Origin: Octopus sinensis
Taxonomy: Eukaryota
NCBI RefSeq assembly: GCF_006345805.1
Contig: NC_043008.1
Coordinates: 55,738,001-55,802,000, forward strand
Direction of reading: 5' to 3'
Length of the DNA stretch: 64,000 nucleotides
Within the stretch, counting starts at the first letter, position 1. Each line of letters opens with the position of its first letter. The notes beneath the pieces were generated by a model. The model was given only the letters and a program-made list of their open reading frames with translations, did not search any database and was not told the origin of the DNA. Made by a program: the position numbers and the translations under genes. Shown here piece after piece: positions 23,701-36,461 of the stretch.

Positions 23701-26175
23701 GACTAATAATAATAATAATAATGATAATAATAATAATAAATAATAATAATAATCCTTTCTGTTATAGGCACAAGGCCTGAAATTTTTTGAGAGGAGGCCA
23801 GTCAATTAGACTGACCCCAGTACGCAACTGGTACTTAATTTATCGACCCCAGAAGGATGAAAGGCAAAATCGACCTCAGCGGAATTTGAACTCAGAATGT
23901 AAAGACAGACGAAATACGATTAAGCATTTCGCCTGGCATGCTTGATTCTGTCACCTCGCTGCCTTAATAATAATAAAATGATGCTTTCAAATTTTAAGGC
24001 CAGCAATTTCTTGGGTGGAAGTAAGTCAATTACATCGACCCCAGTGCATAACTGGTACTTATTTTACTGACCCCGAAAGGATGAAAGGCAAAGTTGACTT
24101 TGGCTGAATTTGAACTCAGAATGTAAAGACAAACAAAATGCCACTAAATATTTTGCCTGGCATGCTAACAATTCTGCCAGATCACCACCTTAATAATAAT
24201 AATAATGATTTCTGTATTGACCACAAATGGTTTATATCAGAAAAAACATTATGGATGACAGAGGATAAAACACTGAACGTGTGTGTGTGTTCATTTTGTT
24301 TTGAAGGTTTTGCATATAAACAGGTTTAACAAAAAAGCAAAAAAACTCTTTAATAGGTGTAGAAGTGGCTGTGTGGTAAGTAGCTTGCTTACCAACCACA
24401 TGGTTCCGGATTCAGTTCCACTGCGTGGCACCTTGGGCCGCGTGCCTCCACAACCATAGCTTCGGGCTGACCAAAACCTTGTGAGTGGATTTGGTAGACG
24501 GAAACTGAAAGAAGCCCGTCATATATATGTATATATATGTATGTGTGTGTGTATGTTTGTGTGTCTGTGTTTATCCTCCCAACACCGCTTGACAATCGAT
24601 GCTGGTGTTTTTACATCCCTGTAACTTAGCAGTTTGGCATAAGAGACCAATAGAATAAGTACTAGGCTTACAAAGAATAAGTCCTGGGGTCGATTTGCTT
24701 GACTAAAGGCGGTGCTCCAGCATGGCCACAGTCACAACTGAAACAAGTAATAGAGTACCAATGTATAATCCTCAATAGGGAGGAGACTCTTGAAAGAAGT
24801 GAAAAGGAACCAGTGTGTGTGTGTGTTTATTATTGGCATAATGACCCTCCCAAGATACAACAAAACCTGTTTCAGCACATGAGTTTACATTAAGAAACTT
24901 GCAAACCAGATACAAAAACAAAAAATCAACTAATTTACTCTCATTTGCAAATGCAGGAATACTAAGATGATATTTCAATTTTCTGAAAAAGATTTCCTGG
25001 GAATGAAGAAAAATTTTGCCAATGAAACTTATGACAGTGAAGCTCTGCAGTCAGAATATAAAATAGCTAAAATACGACAGCAACAACAAAAATAAAGACA
25101 GAAAATATAATTTCTTTTTGGCTTTTTTTTTTGTATTTTTAAAAATAAATTACAGGCAGACCAGTGTCTCATAATTTAGCAAATTAAGCACTTATTTTAT
25201 TTTTACTTATTTTTTGGCCAAAGTACTTACAAATACGGGAGAAGTTTCTGGTTGAGCAAACTGAAAGATGGTAACAATTAAGGTAATTTTTAGAACTATT
25301 CTTTAACACCAGACACAACACATGGAACAAATTTCAATGAAAAAATTATGCAAGATCATTTTCTGAACATTCTGAACAAACAAAAGTAAATAAATATAAT
25401 TATGAAAGAAAATAATAATCAATCGTTTGATTGAAGCGGAAAAGTAAATTACACATAATTATATTACTGAAACAAGTATAAGAATTATTATTATGTGAAG
25501 ACTATAGTTTTACATAATAAAGTTATCCCTAATAGTTTTTGAATTATCTTGGACTGATTGGGAAAAAATATTCTTGACATTTCTATACATTTCTTCATAA
25601 TTTGTTATCAACAATAATTTTGTTACCCTATTTCTGTTAAAATCTAATGCTTTTGCTTCTGTCAAATTTGAAAATAATGAAGACAAAATGGAAAAGGCGT
25701 AGCTCCAAAGGATGTGCTGGAATAGCCACTCTGACTCACAGAGCTCATACTTGCAGACAGGAGTTAGAACAACTTGGTCTTTATTAAGCTGGTGTTTGGA
25801 ACATAATTTGGCATGAGAAATTCTGATGCAAAGTTTAAATTTAGGTCCTTTAAAACAGGAAGTTTTTATCATAGAACCAGGGATGGTCTCAGGCTGGTTG
25901 GTATCAAAAGTGTTAATAAAACAAGGTAAGTAATAGTTTTCAAGAACCCTTTTTAAAAATTTAACTTCAAGACAAGAAAATGAAAGCCTATCATGTATGT
26001 GTGTGTATTGAATTATTGAACACACATACTCAATATATGTAATTTACTTGTTCACTAGTACGCTGCAATTTAGCACCGTAGAGATGACTCCATCAAAGTG
26101 TTGAGTGTTAAAACATCAGAAAGCCATAGACAGGCGAAACAACTCACCCCAAATCCAATTCAAGAGTGATGGACA

Positions 26176-26404
26176 TTAACCCATTTCGTTACCAACCCGG
26201 CTGAAACCGGCTCTGGCTCTGAGTACAAATGTCTTGTTTTCATAAGTTTTGGATTAAAATCTTCCACCAAACCTTAGACACAATTTATGTTCCTAACACT
26301 AGCTGAATGATAACCAAGTTATTTTACTAAATTCTTGGTTATATTTAAAATAATTGAAAGAAAAACAGAGTATCTCAAAATAAATACGGTAATGAAAGGG
26401 TTAA
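26176..26404. mobile_element. TTAA MITE family A (opposite orientation)
   Basis: Reverse complement of 10214-10441, with TTAA flanks. Confidence 0.85.
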
Positions 26405-28999
26405 TGTTTTGCCACTTTTGTGTCTTATCAACATCACATACCTGAACCGAATTGGAAGTGAAGTGAATCGCTAGTCCATGACTATATGCAAATAGTGTAC
26501 AAAAAACCATTTGCTGGTATGCCTGGAAGATGCAACTCTTTAAAACAGGAAGTTTGCATCATGTGTCTAAGGTCAGTCTTCAGTGGGTCGGTATTAAAAG
26601 GGTTAAACTTGAAAACTTTATTGTAAGAATCCAGTGACTTAATACAAGAAATTGCGATAATAAATTATGCATGTTAAATATAAGGTGATGATTTAACCCT
26701 TTAGTGTTCACATTATTCTGCCAAAATTAATCCTTTCTTATCCACATTGCTTTGAACTAATCATGCATTATCTTGTAGCTATGAGATTATGATGAGGTAG
26801 CTGTTAATTTTTAAAATGATATTGTAGGGTTAGTATGAGAGACCAGATCTGGCCAGTTTGAACATAAAACAGGCAGAATACTTTTGGAAATGGTAGCACA
26901 AGGAACATTATGGAAGCAAGCCAGGAGCAGTGGGAAGTTGATATAGGACACAACATACCACCAATTCCAAGAATGGAACTCACAAACTAATGACCATGAG
27001 CCTAATACTGTAACCACTAAAAACATTTAATCATCTAAAAAATGGGATTTAGGGGGAATTATGGCAGCAACCAATATTATAACTTATATATATATATATA
27101 AATATTGTTTGTTCCTTTTCAAGCCATGCCTGGCTCATAAGGGCCGGTTTCCTTGTCGTATAGGTTCTCCACCTGGATGGGATGCCAGTCCATTACAGGT
27201 GAGCTGCAAGAAGCAGGAGGAAAGAGTGAGAGAAAGTTTGCCATTACCTTCTGCCAGAGCCACGTGGAGCTTAGGTGTTTCGCTCATAAACACACGCATC
27301 TTCCAGTCTGAGATTCGAACCCGCGATCCCTTGACCATGAGTTTGCTGCTCTAACCACTAGGTCATGTGCCTCCATGAAGGACAACTGCATTAATATGAA
27401 CATGCCATGCTTACATGTTGTGCTAACATGCTGAACCAATGGATGAATTAATGTTTCAGTAATATTAGTAAAGGTAAACTGTGGCAGATGCAATTAGCCT
27501 AGGCTTGAGAAGACTGATTTCACCAACCAGAAGATGCAAGAATTTGTACCTATAGGAAGACTATCCACATATTACAGAATTAAGATCTGAAATTCAAACT
27601 GGAATCATGAAATCTCTATTTGGGAATCTTACGGCACTTAACTTCAACTAAGCATCATTTGAAGCCAAGCAAAATGAGAGAGAGAGAAAGAGAGAGACCC
27701 ACCAACAGAATATCATTATAAGTGATGATCTGAATTCCTAATGAATGTACGATTATTGCATTTTATTTATTTATTTATAACCTTTGCAGGCCCTTCAAAT
27801 CCAGTGAATCTGATGCCGTTCATGTTCCATTCTGCAGAATAGGTTCCAGAGAGCCAAGGTTCTGGGAATAAAAAACTGGTCATAGGGATTAGAGTGGGGA
27901 AAGGTTGAGAGGGTTGGCAGCAAAGGTTGCACCAAGTGGAAAGACAAATAGACCAGAGGTGCTCTCACATTAACGATTATTGTTGAAAGACCATTAAAAA
28001 TGTTTTCGAAGATTAAAAGTGGATCAAATGAAATAGACTCCAGTTTGTGTACACAAATGTTGTTGTGATGAGTTTAGCACCAAAATATGCCACTATTTAC
28101 ACTCTATTTATACTATATTTACATTCTGATGTTTAAAGCGAAAATCCAAGGAATATTTTCAAAAATAAATAGAATTAACTTGATATTTATTCCGATAAAG
28201 GGAACTGCCGAGCAATACTTTCACTTCTCATATACTTTCTCCGAAAGATTAATATAATTAGACCTTTTCATCTTAATACACAGAAAATAATTCTTAATTG
28301 CAACCCACAATGTTCCATACGACAAAGAAGTTGGGCGTATCGGTGTCAAAAGACAGAAGAAAGTCTTTCACAGGTATACTGACACTAGCTACAATTTGAC
28401 AAAGTAAAAGAGGCACGCTATAATCAAAGATCAGTACGAATGGTATGTTATAGTGAAAAACAAATCACTAGAAAGATAAATAATAATCAAAAATTGTCAA
28501 AGACGGTACGTTATAGTCAATGACCGCTACCGATAAATTCTATCTCCCTGCTCAGTCAACTTTCTGGGGATCTTTCGTTTTGGGTACGTAGAATCTAATA
28601 CACCACTGAATTGTGAATTAAACTGAAGGGCTGCAAGAAATGTAGAATTAATGACATGGGTTATCTTGGTGTATATCTCGTGGAAAGTTATACACTTAAT
28701 TCAGTTCTTGTCTTCTTCGCAGCTGTTACACGAGACTTCGGTCTTCCGCAGTGAGTCATTTATTAAACATGTCATTCGCGTCAGAATATCCTAGACTAAT
28801 AAACAAAGACTACCATTTCTCGCGGTTGCTTTACTTTTATCATTTCCTTTTATATTCACCTAAAATTAATTTACTGACAACATTTTCTGCTTCGGTCTGT
28901 CATCAATATCCAACATCATACGTTTGTAATAAATTTTTCGACGTTAGGGTTTTACACAGTTAAAAATGAACGAATCCTCCCTTTCCAAATACAACTTAC

Positions 29000-29098
29000 C
29001 TTTGGATATTCAGTGTCCTTGTCCGCCAATCCAAAGACCAGACTCTCCAATATTCCAATCCGTTTCTCAAGAATGTCAGATTCTGATATGGCCGCCAT
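29000..29098 (-). CDS. DCTN3: DCTN3 (dynactin subunit 3, p22/p24) coding exon 1
   Basis: ATG at 29098 in AAAATGGCGGC context. 99 nt = MAAISESDILEKRIGILESLVFGLADKDTEYPK, then AAG|GTAAGT donor, phase 0. Resembles the DCTN3 N-terminus (L..R...LE..V.G). Confidence 0.88.
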
Positions 29099-30268
29099 TT
29101 TTAATCAACAAAATGTCTCTGACGTGCCCAAAGGGAGACAACTCTTTTCCGTTTCTACTATCATAACTAAGTCAGTGATGTCCAAACTTTATTTTAGCAC
29201 CGCGGACCAATTTCAAGCAAAATAAATTTCCAATGTACCGGGATTATCATGCGCATAACAAGACACAATAAAGTGCACAGTATACTATTTTACTTTTTAT
29301 AGATGTCTCGCACCTGTCTTAGAACCTATTTTAACTTGTCGTCAAATTTCCCTTTAATTTCAAATGAGATTGCAAACATATTTTCCCTAATACCAACACG
29401 AAGTTGCTTTGGAGCTTTTCGGTTTGAACGGCAGTTTTTTAAAATAATTTCCACGTAACTAAACACTCTTAAACTTCGTATACTGGTAGAATGTGTTTAT
29501 AAAACATCTTTTTCTTTTGTCTTTATTGAGAAAATTCTATAGTTTGTAAGATATTTGTTGTTTTTTTCTTCGATTTCTGCAATTTCAACCAATCAATGAC
29601 ATCTATTGAGGTGGAAACATTCTGTGCCGTATGAATATGTCCCTCGTTTAAGAAACAGATTGGGTTTATTTACATTTGTGAAGAAAAAAAGATGCCCTTC
29701 CCGCCACCCCTAACCCTAACTAACCCTAAAACAGATTGAAATGCAATAGATCGATACTAGGATCATAAATATGGGTGACAATTTCATATGACACCGCTAT
29801 AAAAAAACTGCCGTTCAAACCGAAAAGATCCGTTGCTTTTAATAAATTAGATTATTTCGTACGCAGGTGGAGAAAATCGATACCTTTCAACTTATCGAGT
29901 TAGGACTAAGAATAAAAAAATTATTTATTCACGCACAGAGTTATCAAACTTTATTTATATTGAAATAAAATGAAATTAAGCCAAGGGAGGCAATTCTATA
30001 TAACCCTATATCATTTCTGCAATCATACGAAAATTATACTATCAATAGGAAGTGTATTGATATACTGTTTTCATTTCGAATGATATTTCGATTAGACAAG
30101 TAGAACCTATTGCTAAAATAGCAAACGGGTTACGAGATGTACCTTGTATGAATAACTAGGATAAATTTATATTTCAGCATATTCTTAGTTTCGTATCTGA
30201 AAAGAATATGGCTGTGTGTCAGCGTGTATGAATTTAATAAATATAAGTTTTAATTAAAGTCTCTCGAA
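29099..30268. promoter_or_regulatory. Putative bidirectional promoter / 5'UTR region between DCTN3 and SRFBP1
   Basis: Divergent ATGs about 1.17 kb apart, locally more CpG than the introns. YY1-like AAAATGGCGGC over the DCTN3 start, TGACGT (~29120), TGCGCAT (~29250). TSSs not determined. Confidence 0.65.
29411..29831. mobile_element. MITE with 30-bp TIRs and 8-bp TSD (Merlin-like termini)
   Basis: TIR GGAGCTTTTCGGTTTGAACGGCAGTTTTTT matches the right end at 29/30. TSD GTTGCTTT at 29403-29410 and 29832-29839. Internal CCCTAA repeats near 29708-29728. Confidence 0.85.
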
Positions 30269-30391
30269 ATGACTGCTGAACATGCTATAGAAGCTGAAAA
30301 TATAGCTTCCCAGAAAGAGAACGCTACAAAAGATGAAAGCAAACAGTTTGGAGAAGAGTCGTCTTTGGACAAAGTGGCTTTGAATAATAAG
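30269..30391 (+). CDS. SRFBP1: SRFBP1 (BUD22 family) exon 1
   Basis: ATG at 30269, 41 codons MTAEHAIE...LDKVALNNK, AAG|GTATGT donor. LNN precedes the conserved helix in exon 2. Confidence 0.85.
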
Positions 30392-30830
30392 GTATGTTAT
30401 CGTTGCTAGTGTGCACGTGTTATTCATTGATTACTTTGGAAAAATTTTTATCAAAGTATAAAAATACTGTTTGTATGTAATATAATAAATATAATCCAAA
30501 ATGTAATTAGTAGAATTTTATTCATAGTCCAGTGGGTTGTAGCGTTGTGATCCACTATAAAATCCTAGTATTTTATCCAGTATATTATAATTCGGGGGTC
30601 TTCCTGTTTCAAATTCTCTTCATTATCTCGCCTCCGTTTCCGTTCCTGTTCCTCTGTTCATGTTTGTTTCTCTCTGGTAGCAAATCCCCTCCTCTTTACA
30701 ACGTGGACTAACTTCAACTTCGAAAGGGATGAATCTGTACAACCGTGGAGGGGGGGGGGGCGGTTGATTTGTCAATTGAAAAGTAAATGGACGCAGAGAG
30801 AATGGGACAGTTTACTGGAAATTTATTATC

Positions 30831-31057
30831 TATTTCTTTACTACCCACAAGGGGCTAAACACAGAGGGGACAAACAAGGACAAACGGATTAAGTCGATTA
30901 CATCGACCCCAGTGCGTAAATGGTGCTTATTTAATCGACCCCGAAAGGATGAAAGGCAAAGTCGACCTCGGCGGAATTTGAACTCAGGAAGTAGCGGCAG
31001 ACGAAATACTGCCAAGCATTTCGCCCGGCGTGCTAACGTTTCTGCCAGCTCGCCGCC
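30831..31057 (-). mobile_element. Monomeric Nin-type SINE
   Basis: Full head and body; TSD CTG(G/T)AAATTTATTATC. Confidence 0.85.
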
Positions 31058-31265
31058 TTCTGTAAATTTATTATCCTGGTATCCTTACTGCAGATGCTAA
31101 GTGGTGATGGTAGTGGTTCTTCTTCTTATTATTATTATTAGTAATTTTATTGACCCTTGAGTCATGAATGGCAGAGTTGGTTCTAGCCAGTTGTGAACTC
31201 AGAACAACAAAGAATAAAACTTGTTTATATCTCTTACTAATCTTCATTTCATTTTGTTCTTACAG

Positions 31266-31354
31266 ATTGTTACAATGCGACAGACAACTAAGAAATCTAA
31301 ATCACACGTATTGGCCAAATTGATTCGACAGTTGAAACAGTTAAAAAATAAAAC
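31266..31354 (+). CDS. SRFBP1: SRFBP1 exon 2
   Basis: TTCTTACAG acceptor, 89 nt = IVTMRQTTKKSKSHVLAKLIRQLKQLKNK plus 2 nt, GTACGT donor. Like SRFBP1 V..MR...K......I.KL.R....LK.K. Confidence 0.9.
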
Positions 31355-31437
31355 GTACGTTTTGTTTCATTTGACAACAGCATTATCAAATTCTTTCTTT
31401 TAACATTTTAATTTTTTGTTCATTTGGTTTTCTAAAT

Positions 31438-31638
31438 CAGTGGTTTTCGACCAGGGTTCCGCCAGTACAGTCCAGGGGTTCCGCAAGAAGTTACAAAACT
31501 ACTAAAATCGGCAGTAATTTTTAATTCTCCTGTGCAGATATTTGTGCATAAGACTATTAAATTATTGCACAGGGGTTCCTCGAGCCAGTGGAATGTTTCC
31601 TTGGGGTTCCACTCCAGCAAAACGTTTGAAAAGCACTG
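31438..31638. mobile_element. hAT-type MITE
   Basis: CAGTGGTTTTC...GAAAAGCACTG termini with a perfect 8-bp TSD, TTCTAAAT (31430-31437 and 31639-31646). Confidence 0.85.
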
Positions 31639-33944
31639 TTCTAAATAATGAGAGTAATGAACAAATGTAGTAAAAATATAAAGGCACAGGAGTGGCTGTG
31701 TGGTTGAGAAACTTGCTCCCCAACCATATGGTCTTAGGTTCAGTCCCACTGTGATGTACCTTGCAAAAGCCCAAGGGCAACCGAAATCTTCTGAATGGGT
31801 TTGGTAGATGGAAAGTGAAAGAAACTTGTCATATATGTATGTAAGTACATAGGGAGAGTTTACGAAAAGAAACAAAAGACGAAGACAGGTGGTGTACAAA
31901 ATAAACAGATGTATTAGTGTAACGCTCAGGAATAGAAAAAGTCTTTCATATTTCGAGCCTACGCTCTTTTACAGAAAGGGACACAGAAAACAAGGAGAGA
32001 AAAAAATGTGTGTAGTGGCTAACGATAAGTACATGCTACATAAAAAGCCCCTAGTACACTCTGTAAAGTGTTTGGTGTTAGGAAAGGCATCTAGCTGTAG
32101 AAACCATGCCAAAGCAGACATTAGAGCTTCACGCAGTTTTCTGATTTGCCCATTCTTGTCAAACCATCTAACCCATGCCGACATGGAAAACATGATGATG
32201 ATGTATGTCTGTGTGTTGAATATGTGTTTGTGTGTAGCCTTGTCTAGACATCATGTAATGGTTGTAAATGTGCATCATCATCATCATACAAGCAAGGTAT
32301 AAAACATGTCTAGCTATGGGAAATATTACCTTTCATGGAAACAGATGTGAGTTAGCAATAGGGAGGGCATCTGATCATAGAAAATCTGCCTCAGCAATTT
32401 TCATCTGACCCATGTAAGTATGGTTAAGTGTGCATTGAATTATGATGATGACGATGACAATGACAATCTGTGTTGGTTTTAAAGCAGCAGTATTTAGCTC
32501 TAATTTCATTGCATGAAATGGGCAAGATGACAGAACCAATAGAAAATTTGCTGAAGGACCTTAAGTAAGCCTATCAGAATTTTAAAAGAAACTAAATTAC
32601 AGATGTAGGTAGGTCTTCCCTCATGTTCAGTATCTTACCAAATGAAGGTATTAATTAATAAAAGCTCTTATATGACCCTCTCTCAGAGAAATATGAATCC
32701 AACCTGCTTGGAACTACCTCTAATTCGATGATACAAAACTACTTATTTTAAAGTGTTTATTTTTCAAACTAAAGATTTCTTTCACAGTTTGGCTTAAGAA
32801 TCATTTGTTATGTTCCAAATATCATTTCAATACAAACCCAATAAATTTCTTGGTTATTTTTAGAATTAATTAAAACTTTTGGATAGTGTATTTCACCAAA
32901 AATATGGCCACAAAATGGTTAATTCATATTACTAGACATAAGTTTCATAAATTACAAAATATAAATAGGCGTAGGAATGGCTATGTGGTAAGTAGCTTGC
33001 TTACAAACCACATGGTTCCGGGTTCAGTCCCACTGTGTGGCACCTTCTACTATAGCCTTGGGCCGACCAAAGCCTGGTGAGTGGATTTGGTAGACAGAAA
33101 CTAAAAGTAGCCTGTCATATATATGTGTATGTGTGTACATATATATATATATGTATGTGTGTTTGTGTTTGTACCCCCAACATCGCTTGACAACCAATGC
33201 TGATGTGTTTATGTCCCCGTAACTTAGTGGTTTGGCAAAAGAGACCAATAGAATAAGTACTAGACTTACAAAGTATAAGTCCTGCGGTCAATTTGCTCGA
33301 CTAAAGGCGGTGCTCCAGCATGGCCACAGTCAAATGACTGAAACAAGTAAAAGAGAGTAAAGAGTATCTCACTACAACACTTGAAATGTACCTATTATAA
33401 CTCTGAGGTAAATGCAGTAAAAATAGAGTGGGGGTCAGTGGGGCTTCATTTAAGCAGCCCTTCAGAAATTGAACCTCCTTACGATACTTCCTGAGAGTTC
33501 ATGGTGTGAAAATTATTGTCATTGCTCCGATTTGGTCGCTAATGCCATGTATTCAGTTTAAAATGCAGCAAAAATAGTGGAGATTAGTGGGGCCCCAATT
33601 AGGCAGCCCTTAAAAAATAGACCCCCTTAGGACATTCCCTGGGAATTACTAGATTAGGAGAGTTATTGGTTTGAGTTTCCTTGTCCTTGCACCAATGGCC
33701 TCGGAGGAGTTAACAAACATAAAACATAACAGGCAGAAAAACATCATCCAAATTTATAATAGAATTGGGATTATTTCCTAATGTTTCTATATTAAGTTAT
33801 CTTTCCTTCCAACTATTCATAATACACCTCATGTTGTGTTCAAGACTTATTGTAAAATTTAATTCCTGTTAGTAATTCATTCTGACACTGTGTATCTATG
33901 AGTTTACTTCAACTGTCTCTGTTCCAAACATTGATTCGTTACAG

Positions 33945-34020
33945 CAATGAAAAGGCAGAAATCGCGGAGAAAAACAAAAAGAACTCTGAAACATTAGTAA
34001 AAGAAATAGCTGCCTTGAAG
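33945..34020 (+). CDS. SRFBP1: SRFBP1 exon 3
   Basis: CAG acceptor, 76 nt = (T)NEKAEIAEKNKKNSETLVKEIAALK, AAG|GTAATT donor. Phase 2 to 0 is consistent. Confidence 0.9.
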
Positions 34021-34135
34021 GTAATTATAAGCATGCTTGATGTATTGCTGTTTGTTAATTTCCTTTTACATTTGTGTGGGTCTGAAACAAACCCATTATT
34101 TTGGCCAAATTTCACCCTTTTTTTTTTCTATCTTT

Positions 34136-34516
34136 TTCTTTATTGCCCACAAGGGGCTAAACATAGAGGGGACAAACAAGGTCAGACAAAGGGGATTAAG
34201 TCGATTGCATCGACCCCGAAAGGATAAAAGACAAAGTCAACCTCGGTGGAATTTGAACTCAGAACGTAATGGCAAGCGAAATACCTATTTTTTTACTACC
34301 CACAAGGGGCTAAACACAGAGAGGACAAACAAGGACAGACAAACGGATTAAGTAGATTATATCGACCCCAGTGCGTAACTGGTACTTTTTAATCGACCCC
34401 GAAAGGATGAAAGGCAAAGTAGACCTCGGCGGAATTTGAACTCAGAACATAGCGGCAGACGAAATACCGCTAAGCATTTCGCCCGGCGTGCTAACGGTTC
34501 TGCCAGTTCACTGCCT
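34136..34516 (-). mobile_element. Dimeric Nin-type SINE (one unit internally deleted)
   Basis: Same unit and junction as the 7648 and 20143 arrays. Confidence 0.8.
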
Positions 34517-35245
34517 TTTTTTGTCTATCTACCTAACTGCCACATGTTAGCTGTTCTGAGAGACCCAGTATATAATACCAATGGGAAATGGTTTGACCCT
34601 GTGAAGTTGTAAATGGAAGGCATTTGCTCAATTCTTCTACTTCTTGGTTAATCTCTCAGATCTGAGAAAGATGAGTCTGCAATTACTTGCTGAACAACCT
34701 ACACAATGTGTGTGTGTCTACCTTTGTCGAGACATCGTGTGATGGCTATAAATGAGAACCACTTTACCTACTTGTGACGGCGTTCACCCAGGGTGGGTTG
34801 GGCCGGCTTCTAAATGAGAACCACTGCCATATAAGCAATGTTGTTTGTTTCTAGTCCTGGTGAACTAGAAACAGGCCTGGCCACGGAGAAATACTACCTT
34901 GCATGGAGACAGGTGACCGTTGTTAATAAGAAGGCAGCATCCACCCTCAGAAAAAGCTGCCTCAGCAAATTCCATTCACCCATGCAATGATGATGATGCT
35001 GTTGCTGCCTCAGCTGGAGTATCCCTGCTTATCGCATGAAGCAATTAAAACAGTTTGATGTCAGGAAGAATAAATAACCTGCCACAAAACACCACTTTGA
35101 GAAGAGAACCATGAGCTCTGAAAAATAGGTCTGTTGTGGGCCTTTCAAGGTTAAATTCACATTTTTTAGCAGGAAAATTTTTTAAATGTTTGTTGTTTCT
35201 GAAGGCTCATCAGTGACTTACTTTGAGTTTTGTTTTATTTTTCAG

Positions 35246-35317
35246 AAATTAAAACCTGATACCATTTCTAGGTTTGTGCTGGGTAACACATTGACATTTG
35301 TTCAGCTTAGTTCAAAG
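35246..35317 (+). CDS. SRFBP1: SRFBP1 exon 4
   Basis: TTTTTCAG acceptor, 72 nt = KLKPDTISRFVLGNTLTFVQLSSK (conserved LKPD..(S/T) motif), AAG|GTATAG donor. Confidence 0.9.
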
Positions 35318-36461
35318 GTATAGCATCTCTTTTTCTTTTCCATCTGCTTACATTTTTAACATTAGCTAAAATTGCTAAACACTAGCTTTTAGATTTAAAA
35401 GTGTTTATTATGCCTTCCGTATATATATATATATATATAGCTGTAGAAACACTGCCAGATCAGACTGGGCCTGGTGCAGCCTTCTGGCTTCCCAGGCCCC
35501 AGTTGAACTGTCCAACCCATGCTAGCATGGAAAGCGGATGTTAAATGATGATGATGATGATGATGATGATGATATATATATATAAAAATAGCCATCTGTT
35601 ATTTTATTTAATGTAAATATGTCATTGAAGTGAAGGCCCATGGCTCAGTGGTTAGAGCGTCATGCCCACAATCAAGAGGTAGTGAGTTCACTTCCCAGAC
35701 TGGGCTGTGTGTTGTGTTCTTGAGCAAGACACTTTATTTCACGTTGCTCCAGTTCACTCAGCTGTAGAAATGAGTTGCGATGTCACTGGTGCCAAACTGC
35801 ATCGGCCTTTGCCTTCCCCTTGGATAACATCAGTGGCATGGAGAGAGAGGAAACTGGTATGCATGGGCGACTGCTGGTCTTCCATAAACAACCTTGCCTG
35901 GACTTGTGCCCGGGAGGGTAACTTTCTAGGTGCAATCCCATGGTCATTCATGACCAAAGGAGGTCTTTACATATCATTGAAAGGCAAATTTACTGCTGTA
36001 TATGTCTGGAGGTAACATCTCTTATGGACATGGTATGCTTAAAAACACTGTGTGGCACCTTGAGCAAGTACCTTCTCCTATAGCCTCAGGTCAATCAAAG
36101 CCTTGTGAGAGTATTTGGTAGATGAAAACTGCAGAAGGCCATTGTGTGTGTGTGTGTTTGTTTCTCCTTGTCTTGATATTGTGCAATAGTTATAATTGTA
36201 CCTCACCATCGCACAAGCCATGATGTTCGTTTCCTATCTTCCTCAGAAACATGTCTGACAAAAAATAAAATATTTTCTTGCTTGGAAATAGGTGAAGGTT
36301 TGCAACAGAAAGGGTATCTAACCATAGAAAAAATCTGCCTCAACAAATTCTATCTGACTCATGCTAGCATTGAAGAGTGGATGCCAAGTAATGATAATGT
36401 TATTGTAGTTCTTATGATGTAGTTTCTTAAGACAAATGATATTCTTCTTTTGGATTCACAG

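Noticed and set aside
25510-26025. 171-aa minus-strand ORF
   Set aside because: No recognisable domain, includes a MITE end, and no convincing splice boundaries.
28065-28129. C/D-box-like GTGATGA...CTGA
   Set aside because: Antisense to the host intron, low-complexity interior, and no recognisable rRNA guide.
29708-29728. Interstitial telomere
   Set aside because: Only about 3 imperfect CCCTAA units, inside a MITE.
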